From contig OMXI01000004.1 in assembly GCA_900314975.1 (NCBI GenBank), forward strand, positions 5,125-69,124: a stretch of 64,000 nucleotides of DNA. The letters run 5' to 3'. The stretch comes from an uncultured Eubacteriales bacterium. Lineage in GTDB: Bacteria; Bacillota; Clostridia; Oscillospirales; Ruminococcaceae. The notes below the pieces were generated by a model. That model was not told where the DNA came from and did not search any database. It saw nothing but the letters and a program-made list of their open reading frames with translations. A program made the translations under genes and the position numbers. Positions 1-8,859 of the stretch are shown piece by piece (the first letter of the stretch is position 1; every line of letters starts with the position of its first letter).

Positions 1-213
1 GGACCGCCCGCTTTTTACAGTTGTGTCCTGAACTTTCAGCATACCCTCCATTGCGCCCGCAACAGCAATAAACATTACGCTTATACCACAGACTCTGCAC
101 AGGGATTGCTGCTGCGGCGGCTTGAACAGCTTGCCTGCAAACAGTCCGACAATACCGCCTGCGACTATCGCTGCGCCGTTTATTATCGTACCGAGTCCAA
201 TCGTAACTATCAC
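1..213 (-). CDS. DUF554-like integral membrane protein, N-terminal fragment (gene continues past the left edge)
   Basis: Absent from the ORF track because it is open-ended. Reverse-strand translation from ~213 reads (V)IVTIGLGTIINGAAIVAGGIVGLFAGKLFKPPQQQSLCRVCGISVMFIAVAGAMEGMLKVQD with no stop down to position 1. AAGGAG lies at 213-218. The GLGTIIN..A...GG..G opening recalls DUF554/YdfK-type proteins. Start is ambiguous (GTG 213 overlaps the RBS; ATT 201 is in frame). Confidence 0.45.
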   Translation of the reverse strand, partial: MIVTIGLGTIINGAAIVAGGIVGLFAGKLFKPPQQQSLCRVCGISVMFIAVAGAMEGMLKVQDTTVKSGRS

Positions 214-223
214 TCCTTAAGCA

Positions 224-547
224 TCACTTCAATAGCATCATACCAAGGTTTACCGCAAGCGCCGCACCGCTTGCACTTATCGCAACAGTCAGCAGGCTCT
301 TTTCAAAGAACGCCAGCACGCAGGCAACTATAAATCCCGCAACCGACGATGCATAATTACCCGTTGCATAGAAAATATCAGGGAACGTCATCGCGCCCAG
401 TACCGCCATAGGTACGTAGTAAAGAAAATCCCTTATGTACTTGCTTTTTATCTTGCCCTTGCACAGTACGAACGGCACGGCGCGGATAAGATATGTAACG
501 CCAGCCATTACCGCAAGGTAGATAAAGAAAACGCCTGTATCTTTCAT
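224..547 (-). CDS. azlD: Branched-chain amino acid transport protein AzlD family
   Basis: 107-aa hydrophobic protein (VTYLIRAVPFVL motif). Its start overlaps the stop of the upstream AzlC-like gene by 4 nt, the classic azlCD arrangement. Confidence 0.75.
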   Translation of the reverse strand: MKDTGVFFIYLAVMAGVTYLIRAVPFVLCKGKIKSKYIRDFLYYVPMAVLGAMTFPDIFYATGNYASSVAGFIVACVLAFFEKSLLTVAISASGAALAVNLGMMLLK

Positions 548-1257
548 TCAGCCGCCTCCTTTGACTCCGTTTCGGGAACGGGGAACAAAAGCGCACCGAG
601 TGCTGCGGCAACAACTGTTGAAATGATTATCGCAAATCCGCCCGATATCCTGTTTATAACGGGAACGTACTTAAAGCAGCAGCTTAAAGCCACAGCGATA
701 AGAATGACCTTCAAAACGGCGCTGCTCTTTTTTGCAGGCGGAATGATTATCGCAAGGAACATTCCGTAGATAGCTATGCACAGCGCGCTGCGTACAGCAT
801 CGGGCAGCACTGACCCTGCGACTGCACCAAGAAACGTTCCGCCCGACCAGCCGATAACAGGCAGCAGTATCAGCCCGTACATATATCTGTTTGAGACTTC
901 ACCGCGGTTTCCCATAGCAACCGCGAAAACCTCGTCTGTTATTCCAAAGCTCACGCCCCAGCGGTGAACGCCCCTTACAGACTTGTCTGCCTTTTGCGAA
1001 AGCGAAAGCCCCATCAGTGCATACCGCATATTTATCACAAGCTGCGTGCAAGCCATCTCAAACAGACCCGATTGAGATACGATTATCCCTATGCCTGCGA
1101 ACTGACCCGCCGAGGTCACGTTCGTAAGCGATATCAAAAAAGCCTGCCACCAGTTAAGCCCGACCGCTATGCACTGTATGCCGAATGTAAACGATACCGA
1201 CAGATAACCCAGCGCGATAGGTATGCCGTCGCCGAGCCCTTTTCTGAAACTGCTCAT
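544..1257 (-). CDS. azlC: AzlC family branched-chain amino acid permease component
   Basis: Multi-TM protein with GIPIALGYLSVSFTFG and TNVTSAGQFAG motifs typical of AzlC. The track ORF starts at 1308, but the conserved N-terminus begins at the internal Met (MSSFRKGL) at 1257. Confidence 0.75.
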   Translation of the reverse strand: MSSFRKGLGDGIPIALGYLSVSFTFGIQCIAVGLNWWQAFLISLTNVTSAGQFAGIGIIVSQSGLFEMACTQLVINMRYALMGLSLSQKADKSVRGVHRWGVSFGITDEVFAVAMGNRGEVSNRYMYGLILLPVIGWSGGTFLGAVAGSVLPDAVRSALCIAIYGMFLAIIIPPAKKSSAVLKVILIAVALSCCFKYVPVINRISGGFAIIISTVVAAALGALLFPVPETESKEAAE

Positions 1258-1393
1258 ATATATTACCGCGCAAAAAGCGCTGCTCCTTTCATTAAAACAC
1301 TTGAACACTCTGAACTTTCATTATACTCTTTTCCAAACGAAAAGTCAACATAAAAGCCGCACAGAAAAAGCGAGCAAAAATAGCGTAAAATTG

Positions 1394-1422
1394 TTGCAAA
1401 GAGTGAGAAATTGTGCTATACT
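1394..1422 (+). promoter_or_regulatory. Sigma-A type promoter upstream of the giant helicase gene
   Basis: TTGCAA (1394-1399), a 17-nt spacer, then TGc-TATACT (1417-1422, extended -10). It sits 39 nt upstream of ATG 1461. The track's GTG at 1413 lies inside this promoter. Confidence 0.4.
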
Positions 1423-1460
1423 GTTTTTGTGAATTTATTATTAAAACGGGAGGGAACTCA

Positions 1461-4400
1461 ATGGGAAACAGCATTTCCATAACAGCCAATCTTACGCAGA
1501 AAATAAACTTTGCATTCGTGCAGAACTATGTCCCCGTGGTAAGAAATGTGCTGCTGAAAAACAATACAAGCGAAACTATCAGCGACATCACCCTCAAAAT
1601 AGCGTTTGAACCGCAGTTTGCCAAGCCGTTTGAACAGCGCATAGCGGCTCTTGACCCCGAGCGCACCGCGGAGATATCGCCCGTAGAGCTTTCGGTCAGC
1701 GCGGAGTATCTGTACTCAATCACCGAAAAGGTGGTCGCCGACGTTACGTTCAGTATAGAAAAAGACGGCGAAACGATAGAAAGCGTCAGCGGCAATGCTG
1801 AGCTTTTGCCCGCTAATCATTGGATGGGCGTGGGCTGCGTTCCCGAAATGATAAGCGCTTATGTAATGCCCAATCTTCCCGAGGTGAGCGCAGTCGTCAG
1901 CAAGGCGGCAGCTTTTCTTCAAAAATGGACTGGCAGCCCGAACTTTGACGGTTATCAGAGCAAGAACCCCAATGTTGTTAAAAATCAGGCTGCGGCTATC
2001 TATGCAGCGCTGCAAGCCGAAAATATCGCCTATGTTATGCCGCCTGCCAGCTTTGAAAAGCAGGGACAGCGTGTGCGCCTGCCGCACGATGTGCTCACAT
2101 CAAAAAGCGGCACCTGTATTGACCTTGCGGTGCTGTATGCCTCCTGCCTTGAGGCAGCGGGCTTGAACGCACTTATTCTTTTCACCGAGAGCCACGCCTT
2201 TGCGGGCGTGTGGCTTGAAGACCAGAACTTTGCCAACTGCACCGAAGACGATGCAAGTCTTATTTCAAAGCGTATGGCAAAGGGTATCGACCAGATATGC
2301 CTTGTCGAGTGTACAGCGTTCGTTGCAGGCAAGTCGGTCAATTTCGACGATGCAAAAGCTGCCGCCGAGGCAAGAATACATAAGCCCGAGGAGTTCGAGC
2401 TTGCGGTGGATATCTCGCGCTGCCGCGGTAACCTTCTTCGCCCTATGCCCGTGCAGACGCAGGGTCAGACCTTTGCTGCCGATTTCGGCAAGCGCAGCTC
2501 AAAGGATCTGACAGCCGCGCCCGAGCAGATAAACGCAAGCCTTTCGGGCAGGGTCACCGACCAGACCGAGCAGGTGACGCGCCAGACCCTGTGGGAGAGA
2601 AAGCTGCTTGATTTGAGCCTGCGCAATTCGCTGCTCAATTTCAGAGCAACAGGCTCTACCGTTCAGTTTATCGCGCCCGATCTTGCAAAGCTTGAAGATG
2701 CGGTCAGCGAAGGCAGCGATATGAAGATACTGCCTGTCCCCGACGATATGTCCATTACCGCGGCAGACAGTAAGATGTTTGAAAACCACAATGCCAATGC
2801 CGACCAGCTTACCGCTATCGCACAGAGCGAGTTTGAAAAGAACCGTCTGCGCTCGTTCTTAAAGGATACCGAGCTTGAAAAGGTGATGAAAAAGCTGCAC
2901 CGTCAGGCGAAGGTGAGCCTTGAGGAAAACGGCGCAAATACGCTTTATCTCGCGCTGGGCTTCTTGAAATGGTACGAAACGGACAAGAGTGAGCAGGAAC
3001 GCTATGCACCGCTTGTGCTCGTGCCTGTGGATATAGTTAAAAAGATACAGGAAAGGTGCTATGTTCTGCGTGTGCGTGACGAGGAAACGCAGATGAATAT
3101 CACCCTGCTTGAAATGCTGCGTCAGGATTTCGGCATAACCATAAACGGTCTTGACCCGCTGCCCGAGGACGAAAGCGGCGTAGACCTTCCGCTTGTTTTC
3201 AATACCGTGCGCCAAGGCGTAATGGCTCAAAAGCGCTGGGACGTTGTGGAGAACGCCTTCCTCGGTCAGTTCTCGTTCAGCAGATTTATAATGTGGAACG
3301 ACATCCGTAATAGAAGCGACGAACTGCGGCAAAACAAGGTAGTTGCAAGCCTTATCAGCGGCAAGCTCGAATGGGAAAGCGACTTTGCCGACATCACTCC
3401 ACAGCAGCTTGACGAGCAGATAAAGCCCGCGGATATGGCTGTCCCGATGAGCGCGGATTCCTCGCAGCTTGCAGCGATCTATCTTGCCTCAAAGGGCGAG
3501 AGCTTCGTGCTGCACGGTCCTCCGGGAACGGGCAAATCGCAGACCATAACCAACCTTATCGCAAACGCGCTTTACAACGGCAAGTCGGTGCTTTTTGTCG
3601 CTGAAAAAATGGCTGCGCTGTCTGTCGTACAAAAGCGCCTTGCAAAGATAGGGCTTGACCCGTTCTGCCTTGAACTGCACTCAAACAAAGCGCAAAAAAG
3701 GGAAGTGCTGTCGCAGCTTGAAAAGACCTTTGAGGTAGGTCATATCAAAGCACCCGCAGAGTACGAGGCACAGGCAAAAAGAGTACACGAGCTGCGCCGC
3801 CGCCTCAACGATATAATCACCGAGCTGCATAAGCCGCGAAACTGCGGTATGAGTATGTATCAGAGCGTTGTCAGCTACGAAAAATACAAGCAGTACAAGG
3901 GCGCTGTTAATGTCGATACCGACTTTGCAAACACCTGTGATGCTGCAAAGCTTGAACAGGTGCGCGATGCGCTCGGCTCTGTGTCGGTGTGCGGCAAGGA
4001 AATAGGCGGACTTTCGGATTCAAAGCTAAAATACTACAAAAATGCCGAGTATTCCGTTGAGATAAGAAATGCCTTTGAGACCGCCGTAAAGTACGCATCT
4101 TCGCGCGCTGGCGAGGCAAAGCCCGCGTTTGAACAGCTCTGCTCGCTTATCGGCGTGCAGCCTGTGGGAACAAGAAAAAACATCACTGCAGTCGGCGAGT
4201 TCGCTCAGACGTTAAGCGCTGCGGGCGAGTTCCTGCCTGCAGTCCTTAATGACCGCGCAGGTCAGTTCGATGCCGAGTGTGCAGCGTTTATCGACGCAAT
4301 AAACGGCTATAAAAACACCAAAGCGCAGATAAGCGTATCCTTTGAGGACAGCGTTTTCGGCTTTGACAGCGAAAGTGCAATGCTCGAATGGAAACGTTCC

Positions 4401-7268
4401 GAGCAAAAGTGGGTGCTTGGCAAATCAATGGGGCAGAGCAAGCTTGTCAAGGACCTGAAAATATACGCCAAGAACCCCGATACAGTTACAAAGGACAACT
4501 ATCTGCAAATATGTCAGGCGCTTTCAAACGCTAAAAAGCTCGCGGCGCAGATAGATACTTATGTCAACGCAAAATCGGTGTTTGCAGCAGTCTACGCAGG
4601 CGAAAATTCCGATACCGCGAGAATGGCGCAGATGCTTGATACCTCTGTCAAGCTGCGCGAACAAATAAATACTGTCAGCCGTGATGACGCAGCAGTACAC
4701 AGCGCGTTCCTCGGCTTTGCAGGCAGATATGCAGCCGACAGGTCTCCGCAGCAGCAGCTTGCGCAGTGCGCGGCGGCTATCGCAAAAATGAAACAGTGCA
4801 CCGCCTCGATGAGTGGCGATTTTGGCGTTGATTTCACGCCGCTTGATTCAAGCAGCGACTACATCACCGACCTTACGCAGATGCTTTCGGGCTTTGCCGA
4901 AAATATCGGTGAGCTGCGCGACAGAACAATGCTCACGCAGGCGAGAAACACTCTCGTTTCGCTCGGACTTGATGACGTCGATAACGCCTACGAAAACGGT
5001 GATGTTGACGAGGAAACTATCCTGCCCGCATTCGAGTGTGCCTTTGCGCAGGGAATCATCATCAGCGTGATGAACACAGCACCCGCGCTTGCATCATTCC
5101 AGGGCGCACAGTTTGAGGAGACAGTCAGAAAGTACGCCGAGGCGGACGAAAAATTCAAGGCTTTGACCATAACCGAGCTTGTGGCAAAGCTGTCTGCAAA
5201 CATACCCGACGCATCAAGCGCATCAAAAGGCACGGGCGAGCTTTCAATGCTGCTCAAAGCCATTAAGAGCGGCGGGCGCAATATGCCTATCAGAAAGCTG
5301 TTTGACAGTATGCCCACGCTTTTGCGCAGAATATGTCCGTGTATGCTGATGTCGCCTATCTCGGTCGCACAGTATATCGACCCCAAGTTCCCAAAGTTTG
5401 ACCTTGTCGTGTTTGACGAAGCGTCGCAGATGCCTACCAGCGAGGCTGTCGGTGCGATAGCAAGAGGTGACAATGTCGTTGTAGTGGGCGACCCCAAGCA
5501 GCTGCCGCCGACCACATTCTTTGATACCAACCAGTTTGACGAGGAAAACGAGGATATGGAAGACCTCGAAAGCGTGCTTGACGACTGCCTTGCGCTGTCT
5601 ATGCCGTCAAAGCATCTGCTGTGGCACTACCGTTCAAGACACGAAAGCCTTATCGCGTACAGCAACGCGAAATATTACGAGAACAAGCTGCTCACATTCC
5701 CCTCACCCGACGACCGCGTTTCAAGGGTAAGCTGGGTGCAGGTCGAGGGCTTTTACGATAAAGGCTCGTCCAAGCAGAACAAGGCAGAGGCAGAGGCTAT
5801 TGTTTCAGAGATAGTGCGCCGCCTGTCTGATGAAAAGCTGCGCAGCGAGAGCATAGGCGTTGTAACGTTCAGCATAGTCCAGCAGGTGCTTATCGACGAT
5901 ATGCTGTCCGCAAAGTTCTTTGAAGACCCAAAGCTCGAAGAGTACGCAAACTCTATGTACGAGCCGATACTTATAAAGAACCTTGAAAACGTTCAGGGCG
6001 ACGAGCGCGACGTGATACTGTTCTCCGTAGGCTACGGTCCCGACAAGGACGGCAAGGTGTCTATGAACTTCGGTCCCGTCAACCGCGACGGCGGCTGGCG
6101 CAGACTCAATGTTGCAATATCGCGCGCAAGGAAAGAAATGATAGTCTACTCCGTCATCAGACCCGACCAGATAGACCTCTCAAGGACACGTTCAGAGGGC
6201 GTAGAGGGACTCAAAGGCTTTATCGAGTTCGCCGCAAGAGGACAGTCCGCACTGCCTGTCAGAGTGAGCGACCATAAGGCGAGCGACAACGGCTTTGTGC
6301 GCCTTGTCGCAGACGAGATAGAAAAGCTCGGCTATAAAGTCAAAACCAACATCGGCTGTTCAGAGTATAAAATCGACATCGGTATTGTGTGTCCTGACAA
6401 CGAGGACGAGTACCTTATGGGCATAAGCTGTATGGGCGACGCGACACTTGAAAAGACCACCGCGCGCGACAGAAATGTTTTGCAGCCGTCAGTGCTCAAA
6501 GGTCTTGGCTGGAGAATGTACAACGTCAATATCCTTGATTGGTACGACAACAGCGCAAAGGTGCTTGAAAAGCTGGCTGCCGAGATAAGCACCGCACTTG
6601 ACGAGTACAGAAATCCACCGCAGCAGCCCGAGCCCGAGCAGCCAAAGCCGCAAAAGCTCGAATTTGAAAAGGAGGATAGCGTGACCGCTGCCGATAAGTG
6701 CGAACAGTTCGAGGAGATATCTCTTGCAAAGGACGGCAAGCCGTCAGAGTTCACAAAGCCCGAATCAGCGGAGAAAATATCCTCGCAGATACGCCAGGTC
6801 ATAAACGCAATGGCACCCGTCAGCAAGGGGCAGACTATGAAGATAGTGCTTGCAGCGTGGGGCATAGCAAACCCCAAGCCCGAGGTTGAAAAGACCTTCT
6901 TTGCTGTTGCCAACAAGTGCAAGCTGAAGGTCACCAGCCGAAAGAATGACGACGGCAGCTTTGACGTCTACTATTGGCGCGACGACCAGCTGCCCGACGA
7001 GTATGACAAGTGCAGGATAGCAAAGGGCGGCAAGGGCAAGCGCGGCTTTGCAGATGTCTGTCCGCAGGAGCTTACCAACGCAATGCTGATAATACTTGAA
7101 CAGCAGATAAGCATGACCTTTGACGACCTTGTCCACGAGGTATCCAAGCTGTTTGGCTTTACCCGAACGGGAGAGGTTATGGATGTGCAGATGAAAAAGG
7201 CGCTTGAATACGCCGTAGAAAAGGGCAAAGCCCACACCGACGAAAACGGCAGAGTTTTCGCAAACTGA
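1461..7268 (+). CDS. Giant multidomain SF1 (Upf1/DNA2-like) helicase: N-terminal transglutaminase-like Cys-His core, DUF4011-like region, AAA_11/AAA_12 helicase, REase(DUF559/MTES_1575)-like domain, DUF3320-like tail
   Basis: GGGAGG RBS precedes ATG 1461 (MGNSISI). Papain/transglutaminase-like GTCIDLAVLY (Cys codon 2115-2117) and SHAFAGVW (His 2193-2195). ERKLLDLSLRNSLLNF and ENGANTLYLALGFLKWYE (DUF4011 hallmarks as I recall them). Helicase motifs: Walker A GPPGTGKS 3516-3539, VVFDEASQM (DEAS 5415-5426), VVGDPKQLPPT, QGDERDVILFSVGY, LNVAISRARKEMIVYS. The REase-like block is GYKVKTNIGCSEYKIDIGIV...GISCMGD...ARDRNVLQ..GWRMYNV at ~6290-6560. Confidence 0.9.
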   Translation: MGNSISITANLTQKINFAFVQNYVPVVRNVLLKNNTSETISDITLKIAFEPQFAKPFEQRIAALDPERTAEISPVELSVSAEYLYSITEKVVADVTFSIEKDGETIESVSGNAELLPANHWMGVGCVPEMISAYVMPNLPEVSAVVSKAAAFLQKWTGSPNFDGYQSKNPNVVKNQAAAIYAALQAENIAYVMPPASFEKQGQRVRLPHDVLTSKSGTCIDLAVLYASCLEAAGLNALILFTESHAFAGVWLEDQNFANCTEDDASLISKRMAKGIDQICLVECTAFVAGKSVNFDDAKAAAEARIHKPEEFELAVDISRCRGNLLRPMPVQTQGQTFAADFGKRSSKDLTAAPEQINASLSGRVTDQTEQVTRQTLWERKLLDLSLRNSLLNFRATGSTVQFIAPDLAKLEDAVSEGSDMKILPVPDDMSITAADSKMFENHNANADQLTAIAQSEFEKNRLRSFLKDTELEKVMKKLHRQAKVSLEENGANTLYLALGFLKWYETDKSEQERYAPLVLVPVDIVKKIQERCYVLRVRDEETQMNITLLEMLRQDFGITINGLDPLPEDESGVDLPLVFNTVRQGVMAQKRWDVVENAFLGQFSFSRFIMWNDIRNRSDELRQNKVVASLISGKLEWESDFADITPQQLDEQIKPADMAVPMSADSSQLAAIYLASKGESFVLHGPPGTGKSQTITNLIANALYNGKSVLFVAEKMAALSVVQKRLAKIGLDPFCLELHSNKAQKREVLSQLEKTFEVGHIKAPAEYEAQAKRVHELRRRLNDIITELHKPRNCGMSMYQSVVSYEKYKQYKGAVNVDTDFANTCDAAKLEQVRDALGSVSVCGKEIGGLSDSKLKYYKNAEYSVEIRNAFETAVKYASSRAGEAKPAFEQLCSLIGVQPVGTRKNITAVGEFAQTLSAAGEFLPAVLNDRAGQFDAECAAFIDAINGYKNTKAQISVSFEDSVFGFDSESAMLEWKRSEQKWVLGKSMGQSKLVKDLKIYAKNPDTVTKDNYLQICQALSNAKKLAAQIDTYVNAKSVFAAVYAGENSDTARMAQMLDTSVKLREQINTVSRDDAAVHSAFLGFAGRYAADRSPQQQLAQCAAAIAKMKQCTASMSGDFGVDFTPLDSSSDYITDLTQMLSGFAENIGELRDRTMLTQARNTLVSLGLDDVDNAYENGDVDEETILPAFECAFAQGIIISVMNTAPALASFQGAQFEETVRKYAEADEKFKALTITELVAKLSANIPDASSASKGTGELSMLLKAIKSGGRNMPIRKLFDSMPTLLRRICPCMLMSPISVAQYIDPKFPKFDLVVFDEASQMPTSEAVGAIARGDNVVVVGDPKQLPPTTFFDTNQFDEENEDMEDLESVLDDCLALSMPSKHLLWHYRSRHESLIAYSNAKYYENKLLTFPSPDDRVSRVSWVQVEGFYDKGSSKQNKAEAEAIVSEIVRRLSDEKLRSESIGVVTFSIVQQVLIDDMLSAKFFEDPKLEEYANSMYEPILIKNLENVQGDERDVILFSVGYGPDKDGKVSMNFGPVNRDGGWRRLNVAISRARKEMIVYSVIRPDQIDLSRTRSEGVEGLKGFIEFAARGQSALPVRVSDHKASDNGFVRLVADEIEKLGYKVKTNIGCSEYKIDIGIVCPDNEDEYLMGISCMGDATLEKTTARDRNVLQPSVLKGLGWRMYNVNILDWYDNSAKVLEKLAAEISTALDEYRNPPQQPEPEQPKPQKLEFEKEDSVTAADKCEQFEEISLAKDGKPSEFTKPESAEKISSQIRQVINAMAPVSKGQTMKIVLAAWGIANPKPEVEKTFFAVANKCKLKVTSRKNDDGSFDVYYWRDDQLPDEYDKCRIAKGGKGKRGFADVCPQELTNAMLIILEQQISMTFDDLVHEVSKLFGFTRTGEVMDVQMKKALEYAVEKGKAHTDENGRVFAN

Positions 7269-7276
7269 TAAAGCAA

Positions 7277-7317
7277 AACGACCTTGTTTGAATCGTTCAA
7301 ACAGGGTCGTTCTTTTC
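7277..7317. terminator. Bidirectional rho-independent terminator between convergent genes
   Basis: AACGACCTTGTTTGAA-tcg-TTCAAACAGGGTCGTT forms a 16-bp stem with one G-U pair. It is followed by CTTTTCG on the plus strand and TTTTGCTTT on the minus strand. Confidence 0.65.
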
Positions 7318-7322
7318 GCTTA

Positions 7323-8321
7323 TTACACTATCTCAACGCCGTGCGCTTTGAGCTTCTTTATCGCCGCCTCTGAAATGCAGCTGACCACGATAGCTTTTTT
7401 TATGTTCTTGAACTGCGCAAGCTCGCTGTCACTTATTCTTGTAACGTCAAAATATTCGTCCTCACCGTCCCAGAACGGATATATCTGATGATAAACGTGA
7501 AGTCCGCCGTCAAACAAAAGCTCGGTCACCTCGTCAGCCATTGAAGCAGGTATCTCCAGATCCTTGAACCACTTTTTCACCGCATTTATCGGCTCGTAGC
7601 CGTCCTCCTCAACGTCTATCTTCCTGCCCTTGCGCACCTCGGCAAATTCGTAAATATCAAACCTCGGTTTAAGCAGCTGCTTTTTGTACATCAGCTGCTC
7701 AATGACTGTCAGCTTGAAGTTGAAATTGTTAAACACAAGCACAGGCTCGTCAAGCTTTTCAAGAATGTATTTCGCAGCTTTGCGCTCGGTTTCTTTTGCC
7801 TCCGCCTGCGACTGCGATTTTGTCTTCGGCGGCTCATAGCTTATCAGCACCGAGCGCGAGCTTATCAGCAAAGTGTCCATATATTTTTCTTTGTCGTCCT
7901 CGTCAATGGTATCAAGCTCATCGATAAGAAACGTGAATACATAGAAAGGTCCTCTTTTAAGCTCATGCGTGAGGCAGTCGTATTTCATCTTGCACTGCGT
8001 GTATTCCTTTTTGCCGACCATTACCTTGCCCGCAAATGTGCCTGTCGCAAAGTGCGGAAAACGCTTGCCGTCAGCTACATAAACCCTGAAAGATGTGTAG
8101 GTCGTATGGTCGTCATTATCTGTATCAGCACGTATACCCAGATCGTCCCAAAGACAAGTTATGTAGTGTTCCGTCTCGCCCTTGAAATTCTCACATTCCC
8201 ATTCGTCCACCCTCGGCTCACCGAGAATAGCATCAATTTTCTGTCTGTCAAACGGTGGCTCTACCTTTGTATCGCCGAACCACAGGCAATCCTTTTCTAC
8301 AACTATCTTGTCAAATCCCAT
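7323..8321 (-). CDS. Hypothetical cytoplasmic protein (332 aa), last gene of the pth-mfd transcription unit
   Basis: Clean ORF starting 16 nt after the upstream gene. No signal peptide, TM segment or catalytic motif that I recognise. Acidic and apparently two-domain, with a KTKSQSQAEAKETERK linker. I cannot name a family. Confidence 0.6.
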   Translation of the reverse strand: MGFDKIVVEKDCLWFGDTKVEPPFDRQKIDAILGEPRVDEWECENFKGETEHYITCLWDDLGIRADTDNDDHTTYTSFRVYVADGKRFPHFATGTFAGKVMVGKKEYTQCKMKYDCLTHELKRGPFYVFTFLIDELDTIDEDDKEKYMDTLLISSRSVLISYEPPKTKSQSQAEAKETERKAAKYILEKLDEPVLVFNNFNFKLTVIEQLMYKKQLLKPRFDIYEFAEVRKGRKIDVEEDGYEPINAVKKWFKDLEIPASMADEVTELLFDGGLHVYHQIYPFWDGEDEYFDVTRISDSELAQFKNIKKAIVVSCISEAAIKKLKAHGVEIV

Positions 8322-8336
8322 ATTCTTTGTTTCCTT

Positions 8337-8858
8337 TCAGAATTCTATGCCCTTGCGCGCGAGAACACCCTTTTCAAACGGGTGCTTTTCGTTTTCCACA
8401 CGGGTGATGTAGTCAGCAGCATCAAGATATTTCTGCTCGACATTGTGACCCGTCAGAATAAGCTCTACCTCATACGGCTTTTCAAATACCAGCTTATCCG
8501 CAAGCGCCCTGTCAAAAAGCTCATATTCATATGCGCAGAAAAACTCGTCAAGCACGAGCATATCCGCTTTGCCGCTTTGTGCGATCTCCAGCGCCTGCGT
8601 CAGCAGGTCATTGTGGAAATCCGTAAGCTCCTGCTTTTCCTGCTGCGTCATCTCGAATGTAAAACCGTAATACTTATCGCAGTGCAGCAGTGTGATGCCG
8701 GCTCTTTTCATCAGCTCGTTCTCGCTGCTCGAGCCGTCTTTCATAAAGCTTATGAACACTACCTTCATTCCGCTGCCCTTTGCACGCAGCGCGCACTCTA
8801 CAGCGCTTGTCGTTTTGCCCTTTCCGTCTCCGCAGATAATGTGAGTAAGTCCTTTCAT
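8337..8858 (-). CDS. cobO: Cob(I)yrinic acid a,c-diamide / corrinoid adenosyltransferase family protein (CobA/CobO/BtuR type)
   Basis: The P-loop ICGDGKGKTTSA, a size of 173 aa, DEF..A and the C-terminal HPFEKGV..RKGIEF match the CobO/BtuR family. AAGGAGG RBS. The start lies 1 nt after the mfd stop. Confidence 0.7.
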   Translation of the reverse strand: MKGLTHIICGDGKGKTTSAVECALRAKGSGMKVVFISFMKDGSSSENELMKRAGITLLHCDKYYGFTFEMTQQEKQELTDFHNDLLTQALEIAQSGKADMLVLDEFFCAYEYELFDRALADKLVFEKPYEVELILTGHNVEQKYLDAADYITRVENEKHPFEKGVLARKGIEF

Positions 8859-8859
8859 T

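Noticed and set aside
1413-1460. Track start (GTG 1413) of the giant helicase ORF
   Set aside because: The GTG lies inside the predicted -10 region. ATG 1461 has a GGGAGG RBS at proper spacing, so the 16-codon extension is unlikely to be translated. Similar 5' extensions were trimmed at 544-1308, 12350-12997, 15324-16007, 16143-17279, 20168-20689, 23009-23905, 26124-26900, 39767-41377, 42081-42743, 53643, 54744 and 55636.
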